Position numbers and translations under genes: made by a program
Shown: positions 24,801 through 39,480 of the stretch, piece after piece
Numbering within the stretch: position 1 is the stretch's first letter
Layout: every line of letters begins with the position of its first letter
Source of the DNA: Callorhinchus milii
Lineage: Eukaryota
Reading direction: 5' to 3'
Length of the DNA: 64,000 bases
Assembly: GCF_018977255.1 (NCBI RefSeq)
Contig: NW_024704742.1
Span: 23,996,001-24,060,000 of the forward strand
The notes under the pieces: generated by a model
Seen by the model: the letters and a program-made list of their open reading frames with translations, nothing else
What the model was told of the DNA's origin: nothing
Database searches by the model: none

Positions 24801-27515
24801 TGGAACAAGCGCAGATTGTTCTGCATTAGAAATTAACTGTGAAAATAAGAGTTCAGCAAATAAAAATAAAATAAGTGCACATTTAATCAGGAGCTGTGTG
24901 ACCTTTGACTATTTAAATGGGTTTAAGAATGAACTAAATTTCCATTTTCAATAGAAATGTTCTGGCTGGTTCTCGCCTGGCTCATAATGAAAGGGGTTGT
25001 AACTGGTAAACATCAGAGAGTTTTTGTAACAGTCTTGCTCCACAGTGATTGCATGAACAAAAACAGAAGCGGTGGATAACATTCACTTTTACCACTCATC
25101 ACGATAGATTTTACTGCTTGTACTAGTTTAGACTCATTTCCTGTAGATCACAAGTTTAATAAAGATCTACCAACTATCTCAATTACGTCCTTAGTTTTTT
25201 TAAAAAAAAACGCATTGCAAAATTCATGGAGCAGATCGCAACTTCAAAAGACTGATTCTTAATGCAGTCTGCTATCTGTATAATCACTTTCAACTGAAGA
25301 CTCCATCTGCCACCACCAGTGTTGTTAAATACTTCTTTGCCCAGGCAGACAGTAGCCACTGCCACTTCACTCCACAGGCCAGCTGTATGGTAATGAGCAG
25401 AAACAGCTGAAAACACTGGGCAGCAATAAACCCAGTATGGAGCGGCCTGAATAATGCTCACATTGAACACAACCTTTAGTATTATGAACTGAAGAGTTCA
25501 GCCATTCAGGAAAAGAAGTATCATACGCGTGCCGCATACTAATTTTAAAACATGTAAACATCACATGAAGTGTAAGAAAAGTGACCCAAGCTACAGTTGA
25601 AATCTAAATATTCAGCTCTGAGGAACACAATATTTACTGTGAACTAAATCTTGAACAAAACTTTCAAGTGATCAACCAAAGTGTTCTCAGTTTTAGATTT
25701 CTCCTGAAAACGATTCAGAATTAACATCATGTTTCACTGCATTTTTAGAAGTAGTTCTGAATGTGTTGAATGCTTGCAGTGTAAAAACGATGCAATTTCA
25801 AGGTGTAGAAATAGGGAGAAAAAGGGAAAATGGGAAAGAACAGTAATCTGCATGCATACAACAGCTACTAAAATTCTGAACTTATGCATTGTTTTATATC
25901 CCCTGTGGGTTCCTGAACTGAGCCATAGAGTGCAGACCACCATCACAACAATGCAAGATTTCAGACAGCCTTTCCTCATGTCTGACTTCACTGGCAGATT
26001 TATGCTGATAACCAGTGACTTGAGGACTTGTCTGCTTTGCTTCTCAGCAAACATGAACAGAAGTTGAAGGAAAAATCCTGAAACTGCAGTAGCCCCAGCT
26101 TCCCTTTTCTGCTTCAGCAGACAGAACATCTAGGCATGTCAGACTGAGAGCCCTTTCATCAAAGACAAACTAGGATTTGTTTATGACAGCAACATACCAT
26201 CATGCAACTGCAAGTAAGCTCTCACTGAACAACAACAACAAATTACATTTGTACAGCGCCTTACACATCAGGAGGACATCCCAAGGCGCTTGACAGACAG
26301 GGATCCACACCCGAGCTGGTGGTTGGGATCAGGAGGGGTGGAAGGAGGGGAGGGGTAGGAGAGTGACCAAAGGTACAGTGGAGAGAACAAACCAGTTTAT
26401 CGTGTACATGAACTAAGTATAAACCAATGCAAAGACTAATACTGCATTAAAGTTTTCCACACTGCAGTACTTTCCAGTAGCGGCCTGATGTTAGCATCAG
26501 CTCAGTGCAAAGAAACTATTGCTGCCTCTGGTGGCGTTTTTTTCATGCATACACACACATTCATCTTTCTGGGATGAAGAGTTTCTGTTATACTGCCTTC
26601 CAAAATAAGCAGAGTGGTGTCCACAGCACAAGGAACCCTTGGACGAATGGTATGCTCTTAGTGTACTCACTGACTACAATATTGTTTTCTACATAAAATG
26701 GAGGATATGGGACAAGAACATTATACAAATACCAAATACTAGAATAGTGTAATACCTTCCCTGGCATAAGGGAAGTTATATTTTCAATGATACCACTGCT
26801 TTGGGAAGTCTGGAATAAGGACCACATGCAGTCTCCAAATTTATGATTGAGTAATTTACATTTCTACCGTTAGGAGTCAATATGACCATATTTTGCTCCT
26901 GCGAAATTAAACTGCATCCATAATAGGAAATAACTGCTTCAATTTCAATATGACAGTTTGGGGAATGCCACAAAATGTCAAAACTGTAGATTTGTGTGGC
27001 TTGAACATACACCCAACAACCCTAAAAAATTAAGTATAATTGCTTGCTAAACCAATATGCTCAGGGGTGCAGTGGGCTACTATGATTTATTCTGCAGGTA
27101 ACAGATGTTATCCTGCATTGAAAAATTTGTTATATGCACATTTTTGAAAAATAGATCTCAACGTGACTAGTGAGCCCACTCACAATGGATAAATGAGGAA
27201 TAGCAGAGCTCGGCATAGAAACATGTGAGGAGATCTGCTGAGCAGCCTTTTGCTGGTGAATCTTTGATGGCAGAAAGAACCGACAGCAGAATTGATTGCT
27301 GTTTTACATCATTAGAAATTTAAGAGCAGTACAGCAGGTTAATTCAGTTCTTTTTAAAACCCTTCCCAACAACATTTTTCGGAAACAAATTTCTAATTGA
27401 AAAAAATCTGCCTGGAAAAAGGGATTGGTCAAGAATTAGTTAAGCTAGATGCAAAGAAAAAAAAATGGGCCAGCCTTACTAACCCTCAAAATACAGACAT
27501 TGCTTTTCCATTCAG

Positions 27516-27705
27516 TACAGTAAAACTCATAAGTCGTACTAGTCAGGCATAACATTTTATACGACTTATGCGAAGTCCGAGTTACAGGCAACTGTATAAG
27601 TGGCATAAAGTCCGATTAGGAGGTGATTAATATGAGTAGTACAAAGAAATTCAAATGTTGATAGTAAACTAAATGGGACTTAGGTGAATGTACGACTTAG
27701 GCAAT
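27516..27705 (+). mobile_element. Tc1/mariner (Tigger/pogo-like) terminal fragment
   Basis: TA+CAGTAAAACTCATAAGTCG start with internal cgactta/aagtccga repeats; no clear right TIR. Confidence 0.45.
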
Positions 27706-30700
27706 TTATAAAGATTTCACTTGAAAAATCATGAAGTGCAAAAACAAATTCTATATTACAAATAGAGAAGGAAATAGTTAAGCCAAGTAAACTGAGGGCT
27801 ACAATATCTTTGAACCCTAACAATGGAATAAAACAAAAATAAAATAAAATAAAAAGAAATAATAAAGTTAAAAAAATAAAAATTTCAGAGACTGGCACCA
27901 AACATATCCAAAATTAAATGTAGTCAACCTGAATGTGGTGGGAGGAAATATCTGTGTATATATTATTGGATCAGGAATGAAGGGATGTGTTGAATTCTGC
28001 AAACAAAAGAGAGGTGCATTTGCAGAATGGAGGATATTTGCAAATGATATCTTATTCTCTCTTAAGCACAGGTCACAGAACTATTTAATACCAAACGCTT
28101 TCACTGTAAAAATATGGAATTTGGTTAAGTCTTACAATGAGTGACCAGATTTCAAAATGTTTCACTGAACAGCAGGAAGGGTCCAAACAATATCCTTTAA
28201 AGTGCGTGAGAGAAAGGAATCAGGTGGACTCGTAAGGAAGAGTGAAATAGGGTGTTAAGTAATGCATATGGAATGTGTTAACACAAGCAACGACTGCTGA
28301 TGTAAGAATGTATTATGAAAACCACAGCAAAAAGGCTAATCAAGCTAGAATGACGTCGAAGTGATGGGAATGGAGGCAACCATTTACACACTGAGAATAT
28401 AGGGTGAGAGATAAAAGTGTAGGAATCTTAGGAATGATGGGAGCATTGGAGGACTTTTCCAGGAGAGGAAAAAATCTCATTCTATCATTAATAATCATAG
28501 ACCAAACTACAAAGTGGCAAGGGAAAAGAACATGTAAAGGCGTAAATGAAATTCGAAAGGATCACTTAAAGATAAAAAGGATCAGAGAGGAATGGAAACT
28601 TGGGTAGGTCATAATTGAGGAAGGGAATCTGAACTAACAAGAGCAGCTGAATAGTAAGTGCAAATGTAACAAAGAATGTCGCAAGTATTCTGTTGAAAAC
28701 CTTAAAGCCAAGGTCAGTGATCTAAAAATCAAACGGGGGACACTGCAAATCCACAGCAAGTTAATCTGCATTCAGATGAGTTAGGGTAACCAATTCTCTC
28801 TTTTAGATGTTGATTGATGGGCTGAGGTTCTCCAGTATTCCTCGATTCTGTTTCAGATTTTCAGCATCTGCAGTTTGTTTTTCTTTTATTTCTACAATAA
28901 TTTAAACATGGAATAAGAAAATCTCTTTCCACCCATGAAATTATTTTCTGTTTTTTTCTGCAGCTCTTTTTGTCAATGTAATATTTCATTCCCCTGTGCA
29001 AATTTTTAGTTTTATTTCAGTGTAGCTTTTCCCTGCAAATTTTCTTTAAATTTGTCGAGTACGCTAGTGTACTTTTATGTCTGAATCTGATGTAAATTTT
29101 CAGCTCCGTCTTAAATCTCAGATGCACAAAAGACATTTTCCTGCAAGGCAAAGCAACTTATGCTGCTTCAACTAAAAGGAGCAAAGCTATTACATTACTT
29201 AGCGTTTCTTCCAGGCTTGTTATTTCATCTTTATTTTTAGGAAGGCTTATAGCCACAAGTAAAACTCGCAGGAAGTGAAACCTCCCCAATGCCCAAAGGA
29301 GTAAAGTAAAACTCCCAACTATTACTGTAACAATGCATGCCACAAAATTCAACCTTGACTTGTTACATTCCATACACGACATTTGTACCGTACAAAAGGA
29401 CTGAAATTATAGTGTTTCTTATGAATGCATTCTTTCTCCCTCTAGACTTGTAGCTTCCCAATGTCATTCCCTCTTTATCCCCATCCCTTCAAGCTACTTG
29501 TGTTCAGGTACAAATCTATGGCTGCCGAACACAAGCCTCGAGCCATTCTTCATGTTGTACCTTCAGACACAGTGTCAGGAGGCGACACAAACACAACAGA
29601 GCCCAATTTGTCGCACGGGTGGAAATTCAAACAGGTTGTTGTTAGTAGTGTGACATTTGCTTATTTTTACCTGCAATATGTTAAGCATGGTGAAGCCAAT
29701 TAAATCCTGCATAAGATCTCACAGCTACCATTGGAGATTAAATCTTGAACTTCTTGGCCTCCAAGGCTCAGTTTCATATTTAGCAATGGCTCAACCAACT
29801 GAGACTGATGGAATCATTGCATTGTCAAAGTCACAGTCCTTCAAATGAAATGTTAAATCAAAATCTGGTCTGCCTGTTCTTCAGGTAGATGTTGAATATT
29901 CCATGATTTTGAAAAGAGATAGGAGTTTCCCTTGGAATCGTGCCTAACAATCTCCTGGATAAATTAGTCACTCATTGCATGGCTGCTTGTGGCACCTTGC
30001 TCTGTGCAAAATGGATGCTGCATTTCCCTACAAAAAGAGTCAGTGCTTCAGCAGTTGCTACTTTGAAGCATGTTGAGACCTTTCAACATAAGGTTACATA
30101 AAAATGCAAGTTCAATCATTCTCTCTCTTACTTATCTGGGGGTAAAACAGTAAATTCATTGAATTTAATCATGTACCACTTACATTAAATTATATAATAG
30201 TGTCTAACCTGTCTGACCTGTTGAAGCACCTTCACTAAGGCTTTATCAAAATGATTTCTGTGATGTGTTACACCCATTTTGTAAACAGAATAAGCAATGG
30301 ACCACAGTATATTGTCATATGAGTACTTTGCCACCCCCCACCCCCCTTCACGAATACGTTATATGATCATGGGTCATTGAAACAATTTATATTTTCATTC
30401 CACACTGGTCATTCCTTGAGAAGTGACAGGTAAAAATTGCAGCACAGAAGGTATTAGGAGAATTCCATTAAAGATTTTGCAAATTGGAGAGAATACTTTA
30501 TTAACACAAATTTACTCAGGATCTCACAAAGGTGTCTTCCCGACATCAAAGGTAGTATAAAAGTGTAGTTTGTTGTTGCTCATGCGTGAAAGGCACAAAA
30601 GATCATACGAGTACAAATTCTTCAAAAATGGTGGGAAACATTTACAAAAATGTTCCACTGTAGTTTAGAGTAAATGTTTTGATGAGATAGTCTGATTAAG

Positions 30701-33700
30701 AGCATGACAGGATTTAAACAGTGTGTGCAGACAGTCACGTCCCTTGAGCTACTCAACAAAATCTTCAACAATCTAACAAGTTTATGCTCTGACTCAACTC
30801 AACAATCAGTGACCAAATCCATATTTGCGAAAAATGTCCTCACCAAGTTTTGTGATAGACTATGGCTGTCCTCCAGCCAAAATTAAAGATTCTTTCAAAG
30901 TTTTGCAGTTTGTCTTGAATTATTGTTGATGCTCATCTGACACTTCCTTTTCTATTCATACAAAGAATGTGGCGTCTTAAGTTACCAGTGGAGATCCGCC
31001 AAGTGCGTATGCAGAGAATCTGCTTGTACCATGTAAAGTATATGAACTGAGCGAGAAATATTCTGGTTTCATTTGCCACACTCACGTTAACGAGATTTAA
31101 AAGTTGCACCATTTTAAAGAAGCTTTTTAAAACATGCTAACCTTTCTATTTGCTGAGAGTGTGATTTAGCTATTAATTCTATTTTTTACTGAATTCTCTT
31201 CTTCAGAAGACCAAATTATTTACGTATTCATAATGTCTTGGATACAGAAAGCAGAGTCAAATGGAATAAAAAAAAACTCCTGAACTGAACAAAATGGAGT
31301 AGATTGTTAGAGCCGAATGGGCTTTTTAAAAAAACAATTGGATAATCACGTGCAGAGGAAAGGGGTTAAAGGGTATAGGGAGAGAGCAATGAACTGCAAT
31401 GAGGAAAGTTTGTTGGACGAGCAAACACACACAAAATAAATGGTACAATTGGTCTCCTATTGTGTCATACATTTCTATGGTTCTAAGGAGTGAAGATCAA
31501 CCCTTACAAGTGAATCAAAAATATCATAACAAGTGAGAAAATATGGCTTGTTTAATTAGTTCAAAATTGTTACCCTGCCACCTTCATTTAATTTGTCTTA
31601 CTGCATGCATTGGGGTGTCTACTCCACTTATTTTGTGTGTCTGATTGAATCATTTGATCGCTAGCCTTTTAGGCTATCAGTGGAATCTAGGTGGTGAGCA
31701 GGGAACATAAAAATTTGTATACGCAGACAATATCTTTTAACAATGGGAATACTATGTCAGACTGTCATCCTCAGTTTGAGATAGTTAGGTTTTGTCAACC
31801 TCTGTCCAATCTCCAATCTCTCTTTCCTAGCTCTGTAGTCACTTCATACTTTCGGAGACGCCTATAAACCCAGGATAGTAATATGGTGAGGCTTTTGTTT
31901 TTGTCAGAGATAGTTCTTTCTCACAATTCTAATTTGTGGTTTTATGTGGATGTTACTTAACGCCCCCTGCCCCCCAAAAACTGAGGGAACTTTTTTTAAG
32001 GGCTTGATTTAGTTCAGAAGTAAAGACTTTTTTATGATCAAATATTTTGAATAAGGGCTATTAGTTGTGTGAGTGTAATCTTAATTGAATTCTGGTGTTA
32101 TTTCCCAGCTTATAGAAGCACTGTGACAGTCTAGGCATGCTCTTCAACTTGCTCTAATCGTGCCCTTGGGTTTAGGGCCATTGAACAACATTTGTCAAGA
32201 CGAATCCTTTACATTGCATTCCTGCATTCTCTGTGGAGGTCCTTTTAGGTGCTCCCTTAGTCAATTTATTAACTCGCTCTAATTTACCTCCAATTGATGC
32301 ATCATGCTCTTCAAGCATGAGGTAAACACTTCTCTGCTAATCATCTAGGTCAACACATTTTGTTAGAAGACACAAGTAATATGTTATTTCTGGATAAATT
32401 TACTTAACTGCTTGCTGTGGTTGGTTCCCGTCCTGCTATGCTCATGATCTACACTATAACCTCCCTGTTGGACTCGAACTTCCCAACACTTGACTTAATC
32501 AAAGCAGTCAACAAAACAACTTGCTTTCACCTCACTCAAACTTTTAATATCTGTCTGCCCATTTCTACCTGAGGCTAGTTTCAACTTAGTTCTCAATGGA
32601 TTCATATGATGATCTTACCTTCATTTCTCTTTAACTTTGGTTACCTTTCTTCCCCTGCACTTCTCCAGCTAAAGTAGCCAGGCATTTATATGAAATGCTT
32701 TGAAACATCCTCTCAGCATGAAAGGCACCATATAAATTATAATTGTACTGATGCTATGATTACCAACTGATTATAGTTTTAACCATTTTTTGTGCAAGCT
32801 TTATCCTGTTTTGCTTGCTTTGCAATGGCTTTAGTACGGTATTTGATAAAATGTTTAAACTAAAGAGATAGAACTGCAATACTAAAACAATAACAAAACA
32901 AAAAAATAATATGGTCACTCAGTCCACAACTGTTTGTGGGACACTGTTGTAACCAATTAGCTGCCGCATTTCACCCACAAAATACAGTCAATTCACTTTA
33001 CAGTATAATTCTGTGAAGCACTGAGACGTCTAGAAGATGTGAAAAGCGCTATATCAAATGCAAGGATTATATTTTTATAAATCCATGAGGTGTCAAATAA
33101 AATGCATCATTCAGTTTTTCTGAAAACATTGTACTTCATAAGAAGTTCTTCTTACTGAAAATCAATATTAGAAAACAGTCGGTAGTCAAAAGCACTTTGA
33201 GGTCACTTCAGGAATCCGGATGTGAATTGGTGTCACTGGTGAAATAACAGCAAGAAATCATTAAACAATGTTATCAGTCACTGATTTTGTCGGATGCGAG
33301 AAGTTAGTATACCAGACTTTAAGCACACCCTTATGCGTGTTGGAATTTCTTTGATACTTGAGTCCTGTTTTCATCCAACACCAAAGCACAAGGAGGGATT
33401 GTGCCATATAAGACGATATGCATTTCAGCAATGAGATTTCATTACACTGCCACCCTGTGTTGAGAATCGGGTACTGCGAGAATATAATGAATTCAGCGTG
33501 AATTGAGCTTCAAATCAAAATATCAAAACCTGAAAGCAGAACAATTGCTGATTCCTGCAGACTTGTATTTTAAAGCCTTCCAAAAGGCACGCATAAGGTG
33601 TGTGCTCATTACAGAAAATCTATTTTTCATGCACAGGTATTAACTAGAGATTTTGACAAATGAAGCAGAGTAATTAATAATTCTCACATTTGATATAGTG

Positions 33701-33894
33701 CCTTTCACGTCAGGAGGCTGTTTCAAAGTGTTCCACAGGATTTACTGTAAGACATCGTAGCTGTACACATGACACCCAATTTGCACACAATAATGTCTCA
33801 CAAACAGCCATGAAGTGAATGATAATTTTATTTGGGAGATTGTTGGTCAAGGTTAACCTCAAATATTGTTTTTTTTAATGAGACAAAGCAAAAT

Positions 33895-34140
33895 TACATT
33901 TATAGAGCGCTTTTCACGTCAGGAGGACGTCCCAAAGTGCCGAACAGTCAGGTGTCCGGGACTGAGCATGGGGGAGGGGTGGTGTAGGTGTGAGGGAAGG
34001 CAGAGAGGTGGGAGGGAGACCAAAGGCAAGGTCGAAGAGAAGTGATTTGAGACCAGCCTTGAAGGAGGCAAGGGAGGAAGCGAGGCGAAGGGACTGTGGG
34101 ATGGAGTTCCAGAGTGTGGGGGTAGAGAGGCTGAAAAGTC
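33895..34140 (-). mobile_element. L2 LINE 3' end
   Basis: tttatagagcgcttttcacgtcaggaggacgtcccaaag tail followed by reverse-complement L2 3' sequence; similar tails at 26230-26390 and 35760-35960. Confidence 0.8.
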
Positions 34141-37100
34141 TAGCAGCTAATAAGAGTATTACTTAACAGGCTAATACAGCACAAACACAATGAGTGATGC
34201 TAATATTTGACTAAAATTCAAAATGTTTTTGATTTTTCGTCTCTTAAAAGAGCCAGAAAATACAATAAATGATGACATTCAAAATAACACACTTCAACTT
34301 TTAATTTCAATGAGATTTTGAATAAATACTGTATATAATGCACTCAATAACATTGGACAGATAGAATAGAATATATTTACATCACTGCAAATGTGTGCAG
34401 CAAGTCAGCACAAATAATAAATCTGCAATTTTGTGATGAATTCCAAATACCGCAAAATATCCTCAAATTAATGATAGAACACACGCCACTGCATTACACA
34501 TAAGTACTCACATCACACGCGAGAACCATTGAGAAGTCTATTGGCACATTATGGTGTTAAACAAGTCTTAAATTTTATGGATAAGTACTATCAAGGGGCA
34601 ATAGATACTTGTAGATTGCCTTTGGTAGACTTGCAATGTATATCTATTTACAAAATTATCTATTATGTATTGCTAAAACATAATGACAACATTGGACAAG
34701 GCTTGCGGCATTTGACATCTATAATGACTTATAACAATAATCCTTGCATTTGATATAGCACTTTTCACATCTTCAAGATGTCTCAAAGCACTTCACCGAA
34801 TATACTATAAAGTGAATTGACTGTATATTTTGTGGGCAAAACACAGCAGCCAATTGCGCACAGCAGTATCCCACAAAGAGTTGTGGTTGTGTTTTTTTTT
34901 AAAAAACTTCAAATCAACAAGAAAACATGGCATCAAATAAAATTCCACAATACTTCAATTCCCTAAAAATAGGGGGAAAAAGCATTTTGTTTAGGAATTA
35001 CTGCAGGTATCATTTAATTTTGAGTTTCATTTTCGAGCGCTTTCTGGGCTAATATTTTCCTGATGCTTAAATGAATAATTAGTCTGAGATTTTAGAGTAA
35101 GGATGGGTAAAATAATTCAAGGTGAAAAATAAAGCAAATTATAATATATATAGCCAGTAACCTTTAATTTACATATGTGATCCCAGTGTCTTAGCGCAGT
35201 AAATAATCAGAAATGGAGTCAGATCACAGCATACAACATGCAATGATGTGTAAAACACAGGTTTTACAGATGTCAGTCAGCTCAAGTGGCACACAAGTGA
35301 TGCCCAAAGTAGCACTTGCACTCTCCCACTGGTGAAGTAAACAGCCTTCCATAGCTGAAATAGATGAACAATTGAACATGTGAGAAGACCACAGTCAGTG
35401 CTGCCCAGTGTCTGAATTGAAGAAATTAGAAGACATTGCCCACAAGGACATGCAGTAAGACTGAAAAAGCAGAATCTGAAATAAAACACAATTTCATACT
35501 TATGACACTCACCTGAATTAGAAATGTACATTTATAGGTTTTATTTAAGCATTTAGAAAGTGAAGATGGTTTAAGCTCCATTTTAGTTTGATATCACACC
35601 TTCCTTATCAATCGTGCCTATGATCACCTCCCATCTCCCTCCCTGGCTCAGAGTCAAGCCTCAGCAACGGTTAACCACTGCGAGATGCTACCTCATGTGA
35701 AGGATGCTTTATAAATCCAGATGCTGTATATCCCAGGAGTGAGATAACCACCAACAATAATAAATTACATTCACTGTAATATAGTGCATTTCATGTCCGG
35801 AGGTCGTCCCAAGGCACTGGACAATCGAGGATTTGCACCCGAGTTTGGGATTGGATTCAGGAGGAGTGGGGTAGGAAGGTCACCAAAGGCACAGGTCAAA
35901 GAGGAAGTTCTTCAGATGAACCCCGAAGGAGATGAGGGAAGGTACGAGGCAAGGCACTTGTACCAAATAAATCTTGAGAAATTATAATCAGCACCTTGAG
36001 TGGGACAGATTGCATTAATTCCTTCAAGAAAATAATAATAATAAATTAGTCACTCAATCCACGACTGTTTGTGGGACACAATTGGCTGCCACGTTGCACC
36101 CATAAAATATACAGTTAATTCACTTTATAGTGTAGTCTGTGAAGCGTTTTGAGCTGCTCAAAGACGTCATAAGACGCTATATCAAATGCAGATTATTATC
36201 ATTTGAAGGATTCCCATCACATTCTGTTGCACAACACATTAGATGCAGTAATTTGCTAAAATATAGGTACAACATTTTAAATTTCAAACAGACATAAAAC
36301 TAACGCAGATTGTATAGTGATTTAGGCACATCATTGGGCAACTTCTTTCTGCACATTTTTGGTTTTGGAGGTGACTTTTAGGTTTAGAAAACCACATACA
36401 CGTGACTGAAATTATTTATGCAGTAATGTTTTTGTTAGATTACTCTCAGGTGGTAACTGTATCTAATTTTCAAAACAATTAGTCTATCATGAGAAGGACA
36501 GTCTGGCTAACATACACATAACTCGGTTTGAGAAGCCCTCTGTTGCTTCTTTCCAGCCATCTACTATTGTTCCAAAATCTAAGGTGAGGCATATCCCAAA
36601 TGTCTCAGTTTTGAAAGTCAGGTAACCCTTTCCAAATTGCTGGTCCATTTCTGTGCAAATTCAAGGCCAACATCACATATGATTTGTGCGTATAATAAAT
36701 AGTATGAATGAAAATTCATTAATTCTGGACAAATGCATTAAGAGCACAGTTACAAAAGCTTACTGAAAGGCCAATTTTTCCTAATCAATAGGCAGGTGTG
36801 AAAACAACTGATTTTGTAATCTGACAAGTCTAAACTAGGAGTTAAATCTAGTTAAATGCACTCTGCAAATCTCAACCAAGAATGACTGAATTAAATGGAT
36901 AAGAATTGGGATTTGAACTTTTCCTAATTAAGGATTTAACACTGATTATTCACCTTTAAATTTGAGCTAGTGAAGTAATGTTAGTAAGTCTGATTCCCTT
37001 ATTGTTTAGTAATGCCCTCAGATTGTTTTTCATATCTACATGAACTGAATCTATTACTTGTAATAATCATAGGTTACATTTTTAAGTATAAAAATACATT

Positions 37101-38294
37101 TGTAGGCCTTTTTTTTAACTTCAAATCCAGCTCCACAATTAAAAGATGGAGTATCTTCTATCAACATCTGGGATATAAAGATGTATATGGCAGCGAAGGA
37201 CTTTTTTAAAAAAAAACCGAATTATTTATAAAATTGCTATATCTATAAAATTAGGCTCCTTCCCCCCCAGTTTTTACTAAAACTTCCTCTCTGAAGGCAA
37301 GCTGCAGTATTGTTGCACAGTCTTCCAGCTCCCCCTGAGTGGCTATGGTTCACATGCACGATCATAAAGATAAGTGGGTTACAAGACAACTAAGTGAAAC
37401 TGAGACTGCGGTACTATAATCAGGAAGAGACATTGTCACGTGAGATCAGCTGACTCAGCAAACATTGAAAACTGAACATGGACTCTTTCTGCGTTATATG
37501 GCTTGTTATACATAAAGCATTCTAAATATCACATAAGTACTATACAGGTTAATTTCTACTTTTGAAACAAAAGGATGCAATAACAATGAATGTTTCTTTA
37601 CATCCCAGCATCAAGAATTTGCAAAAATATTCAGAAATGTTGCAAACAGCCCACTTTTTGCTCTGGCACAAATTGTGACCAAAATTCCATCAGAAAATAA
37701 ACATTTGTCTGTTTGAAAAACTGAAGGTGTTGTCTTATTGCATAATTCACCACAGCTTCAGGGATCAATATGCTGTTCCCTGCATCAATCACCAGGAGGT
37801 GCACTTGACTCGATGTAAAAAAAATTCCAATGATACATACACCATCTAGTGGTGCACTTACTGAAAACAAAGTTTTGAGAGACTAAAACTTATTGAAGAC
37901 TTATCGCATTGAAAAGTCTCAATATGCTTCACATTAATTATTGTTAAGCATACTGACGTATATATGTAGGTGATTACAGGAGCCAATTTGCGCACAGCAA
38001 GGTCCCACAAACAGCAGGAAGGTGAACTATTAATTTAACTGGAGGATTGTCAGCCAGGACCCTAGTGTCTTTTACAGTGTCATGGCTTCTGTACCTCCAC
38101 CTGAACAGGCAGACAAAACCTCAGTTTAACATCTATTTCAAAGGACAGTACTCCTGATAATGCAGTACTCTCCCCAACACTGCACAGGAATTTCACAGTC
38201 TAACCATGGACTCCAAGTCCGCGATCCTGGACTTGAACTCACAACCTTTTAACTCGGAGAGTGCTACCAAGAGCATCGGAATGTTTAAGAGAAG

Positions 38295-38660
38295 TAATAA
38301 TAGTAATCCTTGCATTTGATATTGCGCCTTATCGCGTCAAGAGGTCTCACAGCGCTTCACAGAATAGCTGTGAATTGAATTCACAATATATTTTGTGGGC
38401 GAAACGCAGCAGCCAATTGCGCACAGCAGTGTCCCACAAACAGCCGTGGATTGAGTGACCAATTTATTACTTTCTTTTGAAGGAATTATTACCCCCGAAA
38501 AGTGATCCGCCGATTGACTAACAACCGGGTTCCTACTTACTGCTAGGTAAACAGATGCGAGTGGAGTAAAGAAACTTGTCCAATGTTTCATCCTGCCAGG
38601 AATCGAACCCAGGTCTCTCGCTTGAGAGGCAAGTGCTCAAACCACTGTGCTTCAGGACTC
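38295..38660 (-). mobile_element. tRNA-derived SINE, longer-middle subfamily
   Basis: Colinear with 17945-18315. Confidence 0.88.
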
Positions 38661-39134
38661 TTGGAGAAAAAGCAGGCAAATAGTAGTGAGTTACAAATCA
38701 ACAACAACAACAACTTGCATTTATTAGGACCCTTCACGTGGAGGCAGCATCTTGGAGCGCTTAAATCAGTTATGATCTAAGAAAATGTCGGGATAGGCTG
38801 GACTGGCTGATGACAGACTCTTGTTCCAATGTTCCTAAATGAGCCAAACTTTGAGGGGGGGGGGTGGGGGGAATGGCCACAGGCAGGGGAATGGGATTTA
38901 GAAGACAGCTCCAGCAGGGGAACAAGCACCAAAACAGACATGATAATAATAATGACAACAATAATCATAATCCTTGCATTTCATACAGTACCTTATCACA
39001 TCATCGAGGCAACAACAAAAACAACAATTCACATTTGTAAAGCGCTTTTCACATAGGGAGGACGTCGCAAGATGTTGGACAGTCAGGGATTTGGACAAAC
39101 ATCTCAAAGTACTTCACTCTATGTACTGTAAAGT

Positions 39135-39443
39135 GGAGTCCTGTAGCTCAGTGGTTAGAGCACTCGCTTTGCAAGTGAGAGACCTGAGTTCAATTCCAGG
39201 CAGAGGGCGAAACCTTGGGCAAGTTTCCTTACTCCACACGCCTAATAATAATCCCTCCAAATCCAAAAAAAAAACAATAATTAAATTGGTCATTTTCAAT
39301 CTACGACTGTTTGTGGGACATTGCTGTGCGCAATTGGCTGCCGCGTTCGCCCACAAATATACAGTCAATTCACTTTACAGTCTATTCTGTGAAGCGCTTT
39401 GGGACGTCCTCCCGACGTGAAAAGCGCTATATCAAATGCAAGG

Positions 39444-39479
<36 letters not shown>
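39135..39479 (+). mobile_element. Full-length young SINE: tRNA-Ala(TGC)-like head, L2-type tail, (TTA)n end
   Basis: A box TAGCTCAGTGG, anticodon arm CTCGC-TTTGCAA-GTGAG, B box GAGTTCAATTCC; tail aagcgctttgggacgtcctcccgacgtgaaaagcgctat shared with local L2 ends. Confidence 0.9.

Positions 39480-39480
<1 letters not shown>

Noticed and set aside
25734..26129. 131-aa minus-strand ORF
   Set aside because: No recognisable homology or convincing splice sites.
39135..39205. tRNA-Ala-like sequence
   Set aside because: SINE head: no proper acceptor stem, continues into the SINE body, multiple diverged copies.
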